Shown piece by piece: positions 52,820 to 64,000 of a DNA stretch of 64,000 nt; the first letter of the stretch is position 1, and each line of letters begins with the position of its first letter. The notes under the pieces were generated by a model that was not told the origin of the DNA, did no database searches, and saw only the letters and a list, made by a program, of their open reading frames with translations. The position numbers were made by a program, and so were the translations under genes. The stretch lies in assembly GCF_001194135.2 (NCBI RefSeq), contig NC_068988.1, forward strand, positions 17,950,542 to 18,014,541. The letters are read 5' to 3'. Source of the DNA: Octopus bimaculoides (taxonomy: Eukaryota).

Positions 52820-53216
52820 GGCTGTGTGGTAAGTAGCTTGCTTACCAACCACATGGTTCCAGGTTCAGTCCGACTGCGTGGCACCTTGGACAAGTGTCTT
52901 CTACTATAGCCACGGGCCGACAAAAGCCTTGTGAGTGGATTTGGTAGACGGAAACTGAAAGAAGCCCGTCGTATATATGTATGTATATGTATGTGTGTGT
53001 ATATATGTTTGCGTGTTTGTCCCCCTCCCAACATCGCTTGACAACCGATGCTGGTGTGTTTACGTCCCCGTAACTTAGCGGTTCGGCTAAAGAGACCGAT
53101 AAAATAAGCACTAGGCTTCCAAAGAATAAGTCCTGGGGTCGATTTGCTCGACTAAAGGCGGTGCTCCAGCATGGCCACAATCAGATGACTGAAACAAATA
53201 AAAGAGTAAAAGAGTA
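52820..53216 (+). mobile_element. SINE family B copy (full length)
   Basis: ggctgtgtggtaagtagcttgc...aaaagagtaaaagagta, nearly identical to 14697..15093. Confidence 0.92.
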
Positions 53217-53845
53217 ACAGTTCCCATTTACTTCGTTTATTATTTTTTTTTTCAAACTGTATATAGAAATGTTGCAGTTCAAAGTCTGGTTAATAACTAA
53301 ATTTGAACTAGTTTCTTCTATTTTGATGTTAGTTACTTTACCAAGCCTTCTCCTCCGACACTTCGGCTGTTGTTAATGTTTTTTTATTATTGCTGTTAAT
53401 ACTATTTTGGTACTATTGTTTTCTGTAACAATTATCCGATCAAATGAACTTCGAAATAGAATACTTTATATAGAATTGAAACATTGTTACGGTTTGGGAA
53501 CACTGGAGATTGAGCACACACTAAACAGCCAGAGCAGCCAATAGTTCTATTTTAGAACCCAATGATATCGATTACTTAAATAGATGCAAAGCTTCCAGTA
53601 TGAGGAATGAGGGTAGGTGATCAAATTGACTCCATTATTCATCCGGTACTTATTTTCTTACACCCCAGAAAGATAAAGGTAAAGTTGACGTCAGCGTGAT
53701 TTGAACTCAGAGATAAAGATAAATCCTATTTGTGTTGAGTATCGATAAACTAAGCACCATTAAGATACGAGATCTGTTTTAGATTAGACTGGTTCGATAC
53801 CAGATGCTTGGCTGGCGGCAAGATTGTACAATTTTACATGTTCAA

Positions 53846-54052
53846 GGCGGCAAGTTGGCAGAAACGTTAGCACGCCGAGCGAAATGCTTAGCAGTATTTC
53901 GTCTGTCTACGTTCTGAGTTCAAATTCCGCTGAAGTCGACTTTGCCTTTCATCCTTTCGGGTCGATAAATTAAGTACCAGTTGCATACTGGCGTCGATCT
54001 AATCGACTTCCCCCCTCCCCAAAAATTTCAAGCCGTGTGCCTAAAGTAGAAA
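53846..54052 (+). mobile_element. SINE family A copy (full length)
   Basis: ggcggcaagttggcagaaacgttagcacgccgagcg...gtgcctaaagtagaaa; a reverse partial copy lies at about 53610-53710. Confidence 0.88.
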
Positions 54053-55824
54053 AAAAATTACATGTTCAGTTTAAATATAAAGAATCGTTAAAACAATTAA
54101 AAAGTTAACTGTACCTATCTTCTCATTTTCAGAAAAAATAGACGCTATATTAGGTACCTTTTTAATTGAGTAAATAATTGAAATTTATGTTACTCTTCTT
54201 CAGCAAAGGCTTAGTAAATAATCTTTTAATGATGTTTAATTAAAATGTATTCATTGCTTTTTATTTCGTTTATCCAAATAGATTACTTGAAAATCATTGA
54301 TCGTGTTCTTAGAGTTATCGGAAAATTATGACGTGATAGTAGGAATGCGTCGAAATTCTCAAATGAAGTATAAAGCAAAAGAAAAAATATCAAATATATC
54401 AACAAATAGATAATATATAAAAGTACATAATTTATTACCAAGTATATTAATGTTATCAAATTGTGATTGGCATAACGTTATAACAGAATATTTTTTCAAA
54501 TTCTGCAGAATGTTTTATTTCATGAAGTCATAAAACTACTGTGTGACGGACAGATAGACGAACGGACGGTTTGAGAAATGCAGCTCTTGTTATAAAGCTC
54601 TTATAATATAGATTGAATAAATCTACTGAAACCCATTTCGCTTGTAATTGTGACCTGAATAAATCTGTCTTGTCAAGAACGATACTTTTGTACTAATGTG
54701 TGCAAGCCTGAGCAAGTAGTTGTTTTTTTTGTTTTGTTTTTTTGTGGGGGGTGTAAAGGAAGACTAACAGTTGTCACGCATGCAAGTCTTCCTTCTCTAC
54801 ATCACTGATGGTTATCTGAGGGAAAGGCCGCCTACTTGGGTCGATAGAACTTGGCACTAGTATCGTTACAGGCATCATAGTCAGAGCTGCAAAGAGCCAG
54901 GACATACTGCAAGGCAACTTTCCGTTCCGCCATAAGCAGTTCCATCAATCCAGGCTCTAAATTGGTGCATTTTTATCGACTCCGAAAGTAGGAAAGTTAA
55001 GTTCACCACTGTAGGGTCTGAACATAAAGTGATGAAATAAACAACTAACGAAATAAAACAACTTCTTTTTCCATAGTTCCCCTTTCTTTACTGAGAACCT
55101 TGGATTTGATCCATGGACCGCTCAATTAACTTTCTATCTATAACCTTATAAACCATTATATTTTTCTGAACGCTCTTTTTCTTAGTATTTTTGCTTCGTT
55201 TCGTTGATTATCTGCTTCCTTTCCTTCAAAGAGCGGTGCCAGATTTTCTGTCAGCATCTAATTATTTCTTATGAACGCTCATTAACTACATGTCTAGACG
55301 ATGTCCAGTCTTTCACAACCTTCTGGTCAGTTTCATTTGATGCAATCTGTTATTGAGTAATTGATATTCACTGAGGGTCGTGGTGTCGTTCAGCTTATTT
55401 ACGCCATACTACTAGTATGATTTATACTCGCTTCTCTGAAATGTTAGCTCCAGTCTGTTTTATTTTTCCGATGTTAGTGAATTGATCCAACGTGATCTCA
55501 ACACCAATTTCATCTAGCGTCAGTTGATACAAACATCTTCATTTTATTTCATTGCTGTTACTGTCTGATCACCACCATCTCCATTAACAAAAACCAGATA
55601 GAAATTTAAGAGATATTTCTACATAAGTTATTGCTAAGATGCAAAAGAGATGATATAATATTCCGTCGTTTCCCACCCTTTTCCCGAGCAATGTGTTGTG
55701 ATCCAGTCTGTACTACTGACAACATGCACATTTATATTACCAATTAGCAACTTCACGTTGTTACTAGAAATTTATTGAGTGTCCATCTGATTGTAGACTG
55801 AATTGCTATCTCTCCCAGTATTTG

Positions 55825-56370
55825 TTTTCAGCCGGTGCACACATCCGCACGAGGACTGTATGTATACGCAGAAGAATTAGAGCGATGTATTAACAAGGTG
55901 ATCATCAATGGCTTAACCAGCTTGAATGCGGTTGTTGTCTGCTTGTCTTGTAACGGCATTCACCCGGGTGGGGGTTAAGCCGGCTCCTATTGAGTTCACC
56001 GCGTCACGTTTCTTTCTAAGTTCATAGGAGTTTTAATGGATGATCAGAGTCCGCGAAAACAGTTCCCGTCTGTAATCGTAAGCCACCATACACGACCGGT
56101 GGCAGGTCGTACTCGTGTTACGCCTTCTCACCGCAGGATGCCTGCAAACGCGATCCAACGCCATCAGGAAGCCGCCAGATTCTGGAACAGACGCCACCGG
56201 GAGTTCACTATTGCCCTCCAGTTAGTCGGGTTGTGACCCCAGCACAGCCGGTGTCCGCTTTGGGTGGCTCTGATACTCATTCATTTAACCTTCCCACCAC
56301 GATGAGGTCAAAGGTTGGACTTTGAGGAAGGTATGTGGTGTTTATTGGGTACTGGCAAGAGAAAATTTTT
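55825..56370. other. GC/CpG-rich island of uncertain origin, probably a retroelement remnant
   Basis: Abrupt rise in GC and CpG content; minus strand has AATAAACACCACA and a GGGGTCACAACCCGAC segment resembling an LTR end plus decayed primer site; no recognisable protein. Confidence 0.3.
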
Positions 56371-56711
56371 TTTTATTTATTAAACAGTCAATCACTATTT
56401 AATTGAACTAATTTTATGCATAGTACTGCTTCTGCTCTTCCATTTCCTATCGACATTTTCATTTAGTATTCAGTTATACTATTCAGTATTTTCCTTTAGT
56501 ATTCAGTTATCCTCTATAGTATTTAGCTATACGGTCGGATAATGTCTATGATAACGTAAGCATATGCATCATGCGACACTTTATGCATGCATAGTACAGA
56601 CAGCCGTCACTCGCGAGGGTGTGAGGCTTGGGAAAATGTTCAGTGCTTTATTACAATTGCAATCAGGAAAAGACATAGACATTTTCTCGACCCTTCATGC
56701 TTCACCCAGAA

Positions 56712-57062
56712 CAGTGGTTCTCATCTGAGGTCCATATGGCTCCTGGGGGTCCATATAAGATTTTGGGGGATCCACGCAACAAAATAAAAACCTACGTATC
56801 CAAAATAGTATTTTAAGGGCTCCTAAAATAATTTTGCTTTTTATGTATTTCTTGGTATATATTGTAAGAAACAGCGAGATTTCTTTTTCTCACATTTTAC
56901 ATAGCTAAACCTACACAAGTGAATGTGTGAAAAAACAAAATAGGGATTTTGAAAGAAATTTCTATAAAACTAGTTCTTAAATATCGAATGGTTATGGGGG
57001 GGTCTGCCAGAATAAAATAGTATTAAAGAGGTGCATAGATAAAAAATGGTTGAGAACCCCTG
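56712..57062. mobile_element. hAT (Charlie-like) MITE, copy 2
   Basis: CAGTGGTTCTCA ... GGTTGAGAACCCCTG termini; flanks acccagaa / atctgaag resemble a decayed NTCTAGAN 8-bp target; same family as 1784..2116. Confidence 0.75.
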
Positions 57063-57499
57063 ATCTGAAGGAATATCCAAGATGTGAGAGCTGGACAACG
57101 AAAGACAGAGACAAACAGGTCTCACCAGCACAAGAACGTGTTGTTAAAGCCCCATCCTCAATGCAGCCGAGTAGAGTAGAGTAACATGAAATGAATGGCT
57201 TTGTTCAAGGTATTCGATCTTGCAGGGCTCAACTAAAACACACATATGTCTACGCCTTTGTGTATGTGTGTGTGTGTGTTTGTGTGTGTATGTGTGTGTG
57301 TGTACGAGTAGATGAACACGAAAAGAATTTCCTCTCGATTTTCAGTCAGGAGAAAAGGTTGACCCCCACCCCCACCCCACGACTCTTTATGAGTCTCCCG
57401 AGACTAGTGAGGGAGTAGGAGGAAAATATCCTCAAACCAGAAACCTGGCTCAAATGTTTGCAACAAGGTAGACTCCACTGAAGACACCCGATGTGTCAG

Positions 57500-57780
57500 G
57501 TGGTGGTGTTACATTGAAGAGCGAAGTAAGTCTACTAGCTATGAAGGCCATAGTGAGATTTGAACTCGGAATACAACAACTCGGAGCAAGTTCTGCAAAA
57601 CATCTGGTCGCACGTTCTTATATTTCAGCCAATCTACCACCTTGGTTAGATACTTATTTTATCGACCTCAAAAGGACGAAAACCTTGCTGACCTCGGCAA
57701 GGTTTGAACTCAGAAAGTTGTTACAAACACCGCGAAACATTTTGTCTGACAATCAAACGATTCTGCCAATCCGCCATGAT
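57500..57780 (-). mobile_element. Two diverged SINE family A copies
   Basis: gatttgaactcggaat... and tacttattttatcgacctcaaaaggacg...ggtttgaactcagaa...acgattctgccaatccgcc. Confidence 0.65.
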
Positions 57781-58229
57781 GAAGGTTGATAGTATTTGCC
57801 CAGCAACTAGTATATCATTGATTTCTTGCGTTGATTTCTCTTACATATAACAATTGAGTATATTCAGTCGATTCAGAGGAAGAGTTATTGTAGTTAAACT
57901 TCCTATCAGATATATATATATTTCTACACATACTACTATTATCTCCCTTGTCTGTCGTCAAAGAGATATAACTAATAGCTTTCGATCAAATGGAGTGTCA
58001 CGCTGCGATGGGAATTCACTGCAGTATAATTTGTGTGTAAGAGCGCGCTCTCATGTGTGTGTGAGATTCTATCTGCGTCAGATGGTGTGTGAGTGTGTGT
58101 GTGTGTGTGTGTGTGGGAGAGAGGGGGGAGATTCTAAAACACTCGCTGAAAGGTTTAACATTAAATACATTAGTGTGTATGTGTATGTCAGCGTATGAGC
58201 ATATAAACACACAGACATACACATACATG

Positions 58230-58238
<9 letters not shown>

Positions 58239-58300
<62 letters not shown>
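58239..58300. repeat. (TA)n microsatellite adjoining the Tc1 element
   Basis: Read directly. Confidence 0.95.
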
Positions 58301-58303
<3 letters not shown>

Positions 58304-58315
58304 TGTGTCTGTATA

Positions 58316-59555
58316 CAGGGGTGGACAAAATGATAGGAACACCTTCAAATTTCAGGCAAATTTATTTTAATATGGGGTAGGACAACCTTTGGCAGTAATT
58401 ACAGCTTGAATTCTACAAGGCATGGACTCGTACAAAGTTTGAATTGTTTCCGAAGGAATTTTTGTCCATTCTTCAGCTAAAAAACAGATTCCAGTCTTTG
58501 TAGGGATGATGGTAGAGGATATCGACTCCTTACCTGTTTTTCTAAAATGCACCATAAATGTTCAATAATATTGAGATCTGGGGACTGTGGTGGCCAGATA
58601 AGATATTTAATTTCACTAGAATGTTCCTGTGCCATTCAGTAACAACTTTAGCTGTGTGAATTGGTGCATTCTCATCTTGAAAGATTGCGTTTCCTCCGGA
58701 AACAGTTCCGCAACCATGGGATGAATTTGATCAGATAAAATGCTTAAATAGTCTTGACTATTAATTTTGTCATGAAGGGAAACCATTAGGCCGGCGGATT
58801 TCCAAAATATAGCCCCTCCCCCCAGATCATCACAGATCCTCTATGTTTAACAGTTGGTCAAATGCTTCTTTTGGCTGTCTCCACACGTATACTCGACCGG
58901 TGGTCGGAAATACAGTAAAGGTTGACTCGTCCGAAAAAATAACATTCTTCCGCTGCTCTAGGGACCAATTCTGTAGGTTTTTACTCCATTCTAAACGCTT
59001 TGCAACGTTTGATTTTGAAAGTAGTGGTTTTCTGATTGCAGCCCTCCCATGAAATCTGACTTTGTAAAGCTTCCGGCAAACAGTTTTTGTGAAAACTGGG
59101 TTCTCGAGGTGGTCATTAAGCTCTGCAGTAATTTTGGGAGCTGTACTTTTGTTAGACCTTTCTAACAAATCGTGTAAGAGTCCGACGGTCCCTATCTGCT
59201 ATTTGAAAGTTTTAGTTTTCTTCCAGAGTTTTATTTCGACGAGGAGATTTTTCCATCTTTCTCAAAGGCTTGTATTACTTTCGAGACGGTACTTCTTAAT
59301 GCACCAAACATTTCGGCTGTTTTCATTACGCTAGCGCCTGCCATACGAGCACCAACAATTTTACCTCTTTGAAAGTCTGATAGATCTGTCATTTTAATGA
59401 ATTTTAATTACGTTTTTCTGATAATTTCTAAAAAGAAACAGCAATGTTTGCATAAAATAAAACATAAAAACAAACAAGCTTTTGACGGTTTTATAGATAT
59501 TTCAAAAGTATGATGCTATGATGCTAGATGTTTCCGTTATTTTGTTCAACCCCTG
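58316..59555 (-). mobile_element. Tc1-family DNA transposon, 1240 bp, non-functional
   Basis: Imperfect ~30-bp TIRs CAGGGGTGGACAAAATGATAGGAACACC / reverse complement CAGGGGTTGAACAAAATAACGGAAACATC, each flanked by TA (58314-58315, 59556-59557). Confidence 0.93.
58367..59392 (-). pseudogene. Tc1 transposase pseudogene (DDE catalytic motifs visible)
   Basis: ATG at 59392: MTDLSDFQRGKIVGARMAGASV (HTH); RKPLLSK...VIFSDES; QDENAPIHTA; WPPQSPDLNIIEHLW; C-terminal LYESMPCRIQAVITAKGCPTPY*. Broken by stops and frameshifts. Confidence 0.92.
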
Positions 59556-59811
59556 TATAAATAAACACACACACACACACNNNNNNNNNNNNNNNNNNNN
59601 NNNNNNNNNNNNNNNNNNNNNNNNNNNNNNNNNNNNNNNTGATAATTTCTAAAAAGAAACAGCAATGTTTGCATAAAATAAAACATAAAAACAAACAAGC
59701 TTTTGACGGTTTTATAGATATTTCAAAAGTATGATGCTATGATGCTAGATGTTTCCGTTATTTTGTTCAACCCCTGTATAAATAAACACACACACACACA
59801 TTTATGCGCGT

Positions 59812-59876
<65 letters not shown>

Positions 59877-61393
59877 CACTCACGCATACACACACATAAT
59901 GTTCAACCTATGGGGAAAAAACTGGCGTTGTATCATCGAGTCCTAGATTTGGTTCCGTGCGAAGTTCTAAATACGTACAGAGGAAAATCATTTCAAATAA
60001 CATGGAAGTACTCTGTTACAAAATGTGAACCTTAGAAAGGAATTAATAAAATACAGCAGGATTCGGCTTTTAGTTGACAAACCCAGCAGTTTCAACACGG
60101 CTTTAACTTGCCAATAAAGAGAGTGAAACAAGCATGTTTTCCTGCTGTGATCTCAGCGAGATAATTATGCATTATCAATCCTGCTCCATATAATCCTTCT
60201 CTAAATAATCCTGATCTGTATTTGTGAAACTTGAGCCGATCTACAGGCACTAAGTAAATACATAAAGTGTTGCTCATTTCCTGACTACTTCGTAGTACAT
60301 TGGAATACACTCAATCAAATGATCATTCACTTTTTCTTTAACTTACACAAAGAAAAACAAGCGACCCTAAAATTAGGTTGCTCAATAAATATAGCCTTAA
60401 ATATAACCAGAGAAAATATGGGTTTCTGTTTAAAAGTCGAGAAGCTGTCCGTTGCAAATGAGCCAAATGGAGAAAACCACCACATAAAGCAATTCTATAA
60501 TTGCAGTTAATATCTTTAAAGCAAAAGTAATCCTAGTCTCAGAAGAGCTTCCAGAAAATGTGAGCATTCTATAGTACATCATATTTTTGCTTCATGTTTG
60601 TTGCTTCTCATATTGGGAAACATCCTAGTGTAGGATAACTTCAGCAAGAACATCGGTGATTACCATTCCTTAAAATCAGATGTCGCAGAATCTTCTGCAG
60701 CATGAAAAGGAATCATTTCTTTCTTTTCTTTCTTTGTAGAACATACTTCAAAAAGTCAAATGTTGAAACTTCTATCTCCGATTTGCTGATGTCTGCCACT
60801 TTGTAGAAAGTATGGAAAAGGCAGGTGTAGGTCAAAACGATGTAGAGAGTGAATGGACACTATTAATTAACAAGTATGCGGGTGTAAAACTTTACGCATC
60901 CTGAATATCTGGACTGCTTCAATAAAATCGATTAACTCCACAAGTACAACAATCACGTTGAGTAGGATTCGGATAGGATATATTGAGTAGGTTACTCTTT
61001 TACAGGTCATAGCAGCATATGATTACACGGAGTTGCCAGATTCATAAATTATATTACGGAACTACAAGAAGCAACGTCCATGAAACCTAATCAAAAACCC
61101 GAAGCGTCCACACCGAACAACCAAGATAACTGAAGTCGAAGAAACGCCGGTCTTCTATTATTAAAATAAAGTACAAGACTTTTGTGGTCATTGGAAATTA
61201 CTGGAAATATATGAAGGGAAAATAGAGAAGTGTTAAAAAGCAATTGTATACTAAAAGATTAAGAAGTTACTTTCGAAAACTTTGCAATTATTCGATCTTA
61301 TTATTTCCCCAATATGACATTATAGGGGTGTGAATTAGTAACTGACTTTAAATTGTATTTTCTAGTTATTTAATGAATATTTTACTTCTCATC

Positions 61394-61771
61394 GTGGAGG
61401 CGCAATGGCCCAGTGGTTAGGGCAGCGGACTCGTGGTCATAGGATCGCGGATTCGTTGTGGGTGTTTATTGAGCGAAAACACCTAAAGCTCCACGAGGCT
61501 CCGGCAGGGGATGGTGGCGAACCCTGCTGTGCTCATTCACCACAACTTTCTCTCACTCTTTCTTCCTGTTTCTGTTGTGCTTGTAATTCAAAGGGTCAGC
61601 CTTGTCACACTGTGTCACGCTGAATATCCCCGAGAACTACGTTAAGGGTACACGTGTCTGTGGAGTGCTCAGCCACTTGCACGTTAATTTCACGAGCAGG
61701 CTGTTCCGTTGATCGGATCAACTGGAACCCTCGCCGTCGTAAGCGACGGAGTGCCAACAACAACAGCAACA
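61394..61771 (+). mobile_element. SINE family C copy with 10-bp TSD
   Basis: Head gtggaggcgcaatggcccagtgg, (CAA)n tail; ACTTCTCATC at 61384-61393 and 61772-61781; short deletion in the B-box region. Confidence 0.92.
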
Positions 61772-62142
61772 ACTTCTCATCATCAATAAATATCTAAAGT
61801 GTTATACTGCATTAATACCAAAACACAAAAAGAAATGCAAAAAAGAAGGTGGTAGCATGTGGCTGCAATATTAGTAATTTAAGTTAAAGATAGACCCGTC
61901 GGTATTGGTAACACTTCAATTGACCCTCCCCGTGCAACAATCATGCGGTGCATATGTTCTTGTATATATTCCTACATACGTATTGTGTGTATGTGTGTTC
62001 CTGAATGGGCTAAAGAAAATTTAAATGTTAGAAAACCTTAACAATGAGATGAAGTTATAAGAATATAAATACACTTCTTCAGTCCGTCTATGGAGTGTAG
62101 ATATAGATATAGATATATATATGCGCATATATAGTATATACG

Positions 62143-62563
62143 TGTAGTGACAGCTTATAGCAGACGACTGTTATATGTTCAATTCCGGAGTTTTATCCAC
62201 GCATGCGCAGGGACTAGTTCCGGAAGGAATACAGGAAGAGTCTCATGCGCATGCGTAGAGTTCGACACCCAGCTTTGGCGCCTTTTCTCAGTCTCTTCGT
62301 TGACTGATCTCCGTCGAGCCAAGACGTCCAACAGAGGTCTCTCACATGTCAGCACCAGAGCTTCACAAATAACCACGGAAATCATTCAGGAGGCGTCTCA
62401 TTAACCGAGGGCGACGAGCTACCGAATTCCCTCCAAGCGTGAACTGAATTCCACTGTAAATAAATATTGTTATGTTGTTCAGAATCTGCGTTCCGTTGTT
62501 TCTTCTAGAAATTTAATGTACGGAAGCGGTGTACACCTAATGGTGTATAGCCACTTCCCTACA
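62143..62563 (+). mobile_element. Solo LTR (421 bp), probably Gypsy-type
   Basis: Termini TGTAG...CTACA, 4-bp TSD TACG (62139-62142, 62564-62567), AATAAA at 62459-62464 about 100 bp from the 3' end, GC-rich interior without long TIRs. Confidence 0.75.
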
Positions 62564-63220
62564 TACGTATATTTGCATGCGTATATATGAGTGTATGTGT
62601 AAGTGTATATAGAAGTAGATGTACCTGTGTACTTATGCATGTATATATGTGTGTGTGTGTGTGTGCAAATGATGCGCATTCACATACACATATACACATA
62701 CACACATACACACACATATTTACATCTCTTGATATGTGAAGATAAAACGATTGAATGATAAAGTGGAAGAAAGTAATAAGAAAATATACGAACATACACA
62801 TGTTGGGTTTATTCTATTAAATACCAAAATTATCTAAGAAATGCTTTCATAGTACCAGTCAATAAGCAATCATTGAATTTAGGAACATTCCGTGTGGTCT
62901 GCCCTGAGCAGTCAATAATCGATAAGTCTTCGTTTCCTCTATGCTTCTTCACCGTCTTACGCTATTAAAAACTACAGTTTGCCAGTGGGCGAAATAATTT
63001 AAACAATATATCATTCACTGTAATACTGTTAATGCTTGTTTAGTGTTATTTTACGTTAAAAACTGTTTCAGGAAATGTCTTTCTAATTCTATTCACATAA
63101 ATCGTCCCCCCATTATCTGACTGATATGTTGCTTTATCGAAGTTGAAGGTTGCCCTTTGCAAACTTTGAAATCAGTCCATATAGGGCCATAACTGAAAAG
63201 CACACACAGAGGCACACGTA

Positions 63221-63282
<62 letters not shown>

Positions 63283-63283
<1 letters not shown>

Positions 63284-63534
63284 TGTATAAAGAATCGTGG
63301 ATAAGGCCAGAACAATGCGAAGTAAAAGCAAGGCATATCACAAGAAAACAAACATATGAATTAATGTAGACTTACTTTGCATTCAATATTTCGGTGTTAT
63401 GACCCCATCCTCAATAAGTTAACCCCGAAATATTGAATGCAAAGTAAGTCTACATTAATTAATATATGTTTTCTTCTGATTTGCCTTGCTTTTACTTCGC
63501 ATTGTTCTGGCCTTACCCACGATCCTTTATACAG
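63283..63534. mobile_element. Fold-back MITE, ~115-bp arms, TA TSD (Tc1/mariner superfamily)
   Basis: (T/C)TGTATAAAG...GCATTCAATATTTCGG mirrored across a ~25-bp loop; TA at 63281-63282 and 63535-63536; mirrored ORF starts MLLLRIVLAL on both strands confirm the inversion. Confidence 0.88.
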
Positions 63535-64000
63535 TACATTCTACGCAATGCTTTAATAGTAACTATTCCATGTGTGTGTGTGTGTACCACCGTGCGTGCA
63601 TGCGTACAATTGTGCTTTTATGTGAAATAGTTTGTTTGGAAGTCTTTACTTTCAAAAATAATGAATAATAAATTATTGAATTTATTTCCTGGTATCCCTA
63701 AAATGGTACCCACTAGTGTCTGTTTAGTTGTATTTATCTATTTTACACTATATCCTTCCTATGCCGTATGCCAACGCCGATAGACATGACAAATGAGTAG
63801 GCTTGAACAGAAATTTTAAGAACTCCTATTCTAAGGATTTTATAAATTCACTACACTACGACATTTAGGGAAAACAATTGGTTACATTCCTGCTTATTTG
63901 CACACGAAACACCATTCAGATTTATGAGATGAAATAGGAAGACGAGACATGCATGCAATTCTGAATATACTTATTCTGTAGAATATGAAAAAAAAAATCT

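Noticed and set aside
56266-56279. Near match to the TGGTATCAGAGC primer-binding site (minus strand)
   Set aside because: That PBS corresponds to plant initiator tRNA-Met, the match is imperfect and no LTR end adjoins it.
59400-59800. Apparent second Tc1 end at 59640-59787
   Set aside because: Exact copy of 59409-59580 across an N gap: assembly duplication.
61006-61030. VIAAYDYT as the start of an SH3 domain
   Set aside because: Stop follows after ELPDS and the rest of the SH3 signature is absent.
62147-62404. ORFs 62147..62404 and 62179..62385, or a bidirectional host promoter
   Set aside because: Both fall within the TSD-flanked solo LTR; no recognisable protein.
1-64000. CRISPR arrays, operons, protocadherin/C2H2/chemotactile-receptor exons, conserved miRNAs
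   Set aside because: No spacer-repeat arrays, no long non-repetitive host ORF, and no conserved mature miRNA sequence was spotted by eye; a miRBase/MirGeneDB and Rfam scan would be needed to exclude small RNAs.

Overview
AT-rich, microsatellite- and SINE-dense eukaryotic genomic DNA with many N gaps. The SINE families and simple-repeat load point to an octopus (coleoid cephalopod) short-read assembly; this is an inference from recalled repeat families, not a database match. I cannot support any intact host protein-coding gene, tRNA/rRNA gene or CRISPR array: the window looks intronic or intergenic. It holds three abundant tRNA-derived SINE families (called A, B, C here), a near full-length dead Tc1 transposon with TIRs and TA TSD, an internally deleted mariner, a decayed pogo/Tigger transposase, 3' fragments of RTE and R4/Dong LINEs, a TSD-flanked solo LTR, and several MITE/fold-back elements, one carrying an inverted telomere-like motif. 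Weaker signals are RFX X-box motifs, a repeat-poor CpG-containing block, a perfect 50-bp palindrome and scattered candidate small exons. No convincing novel multi-gene system was found.
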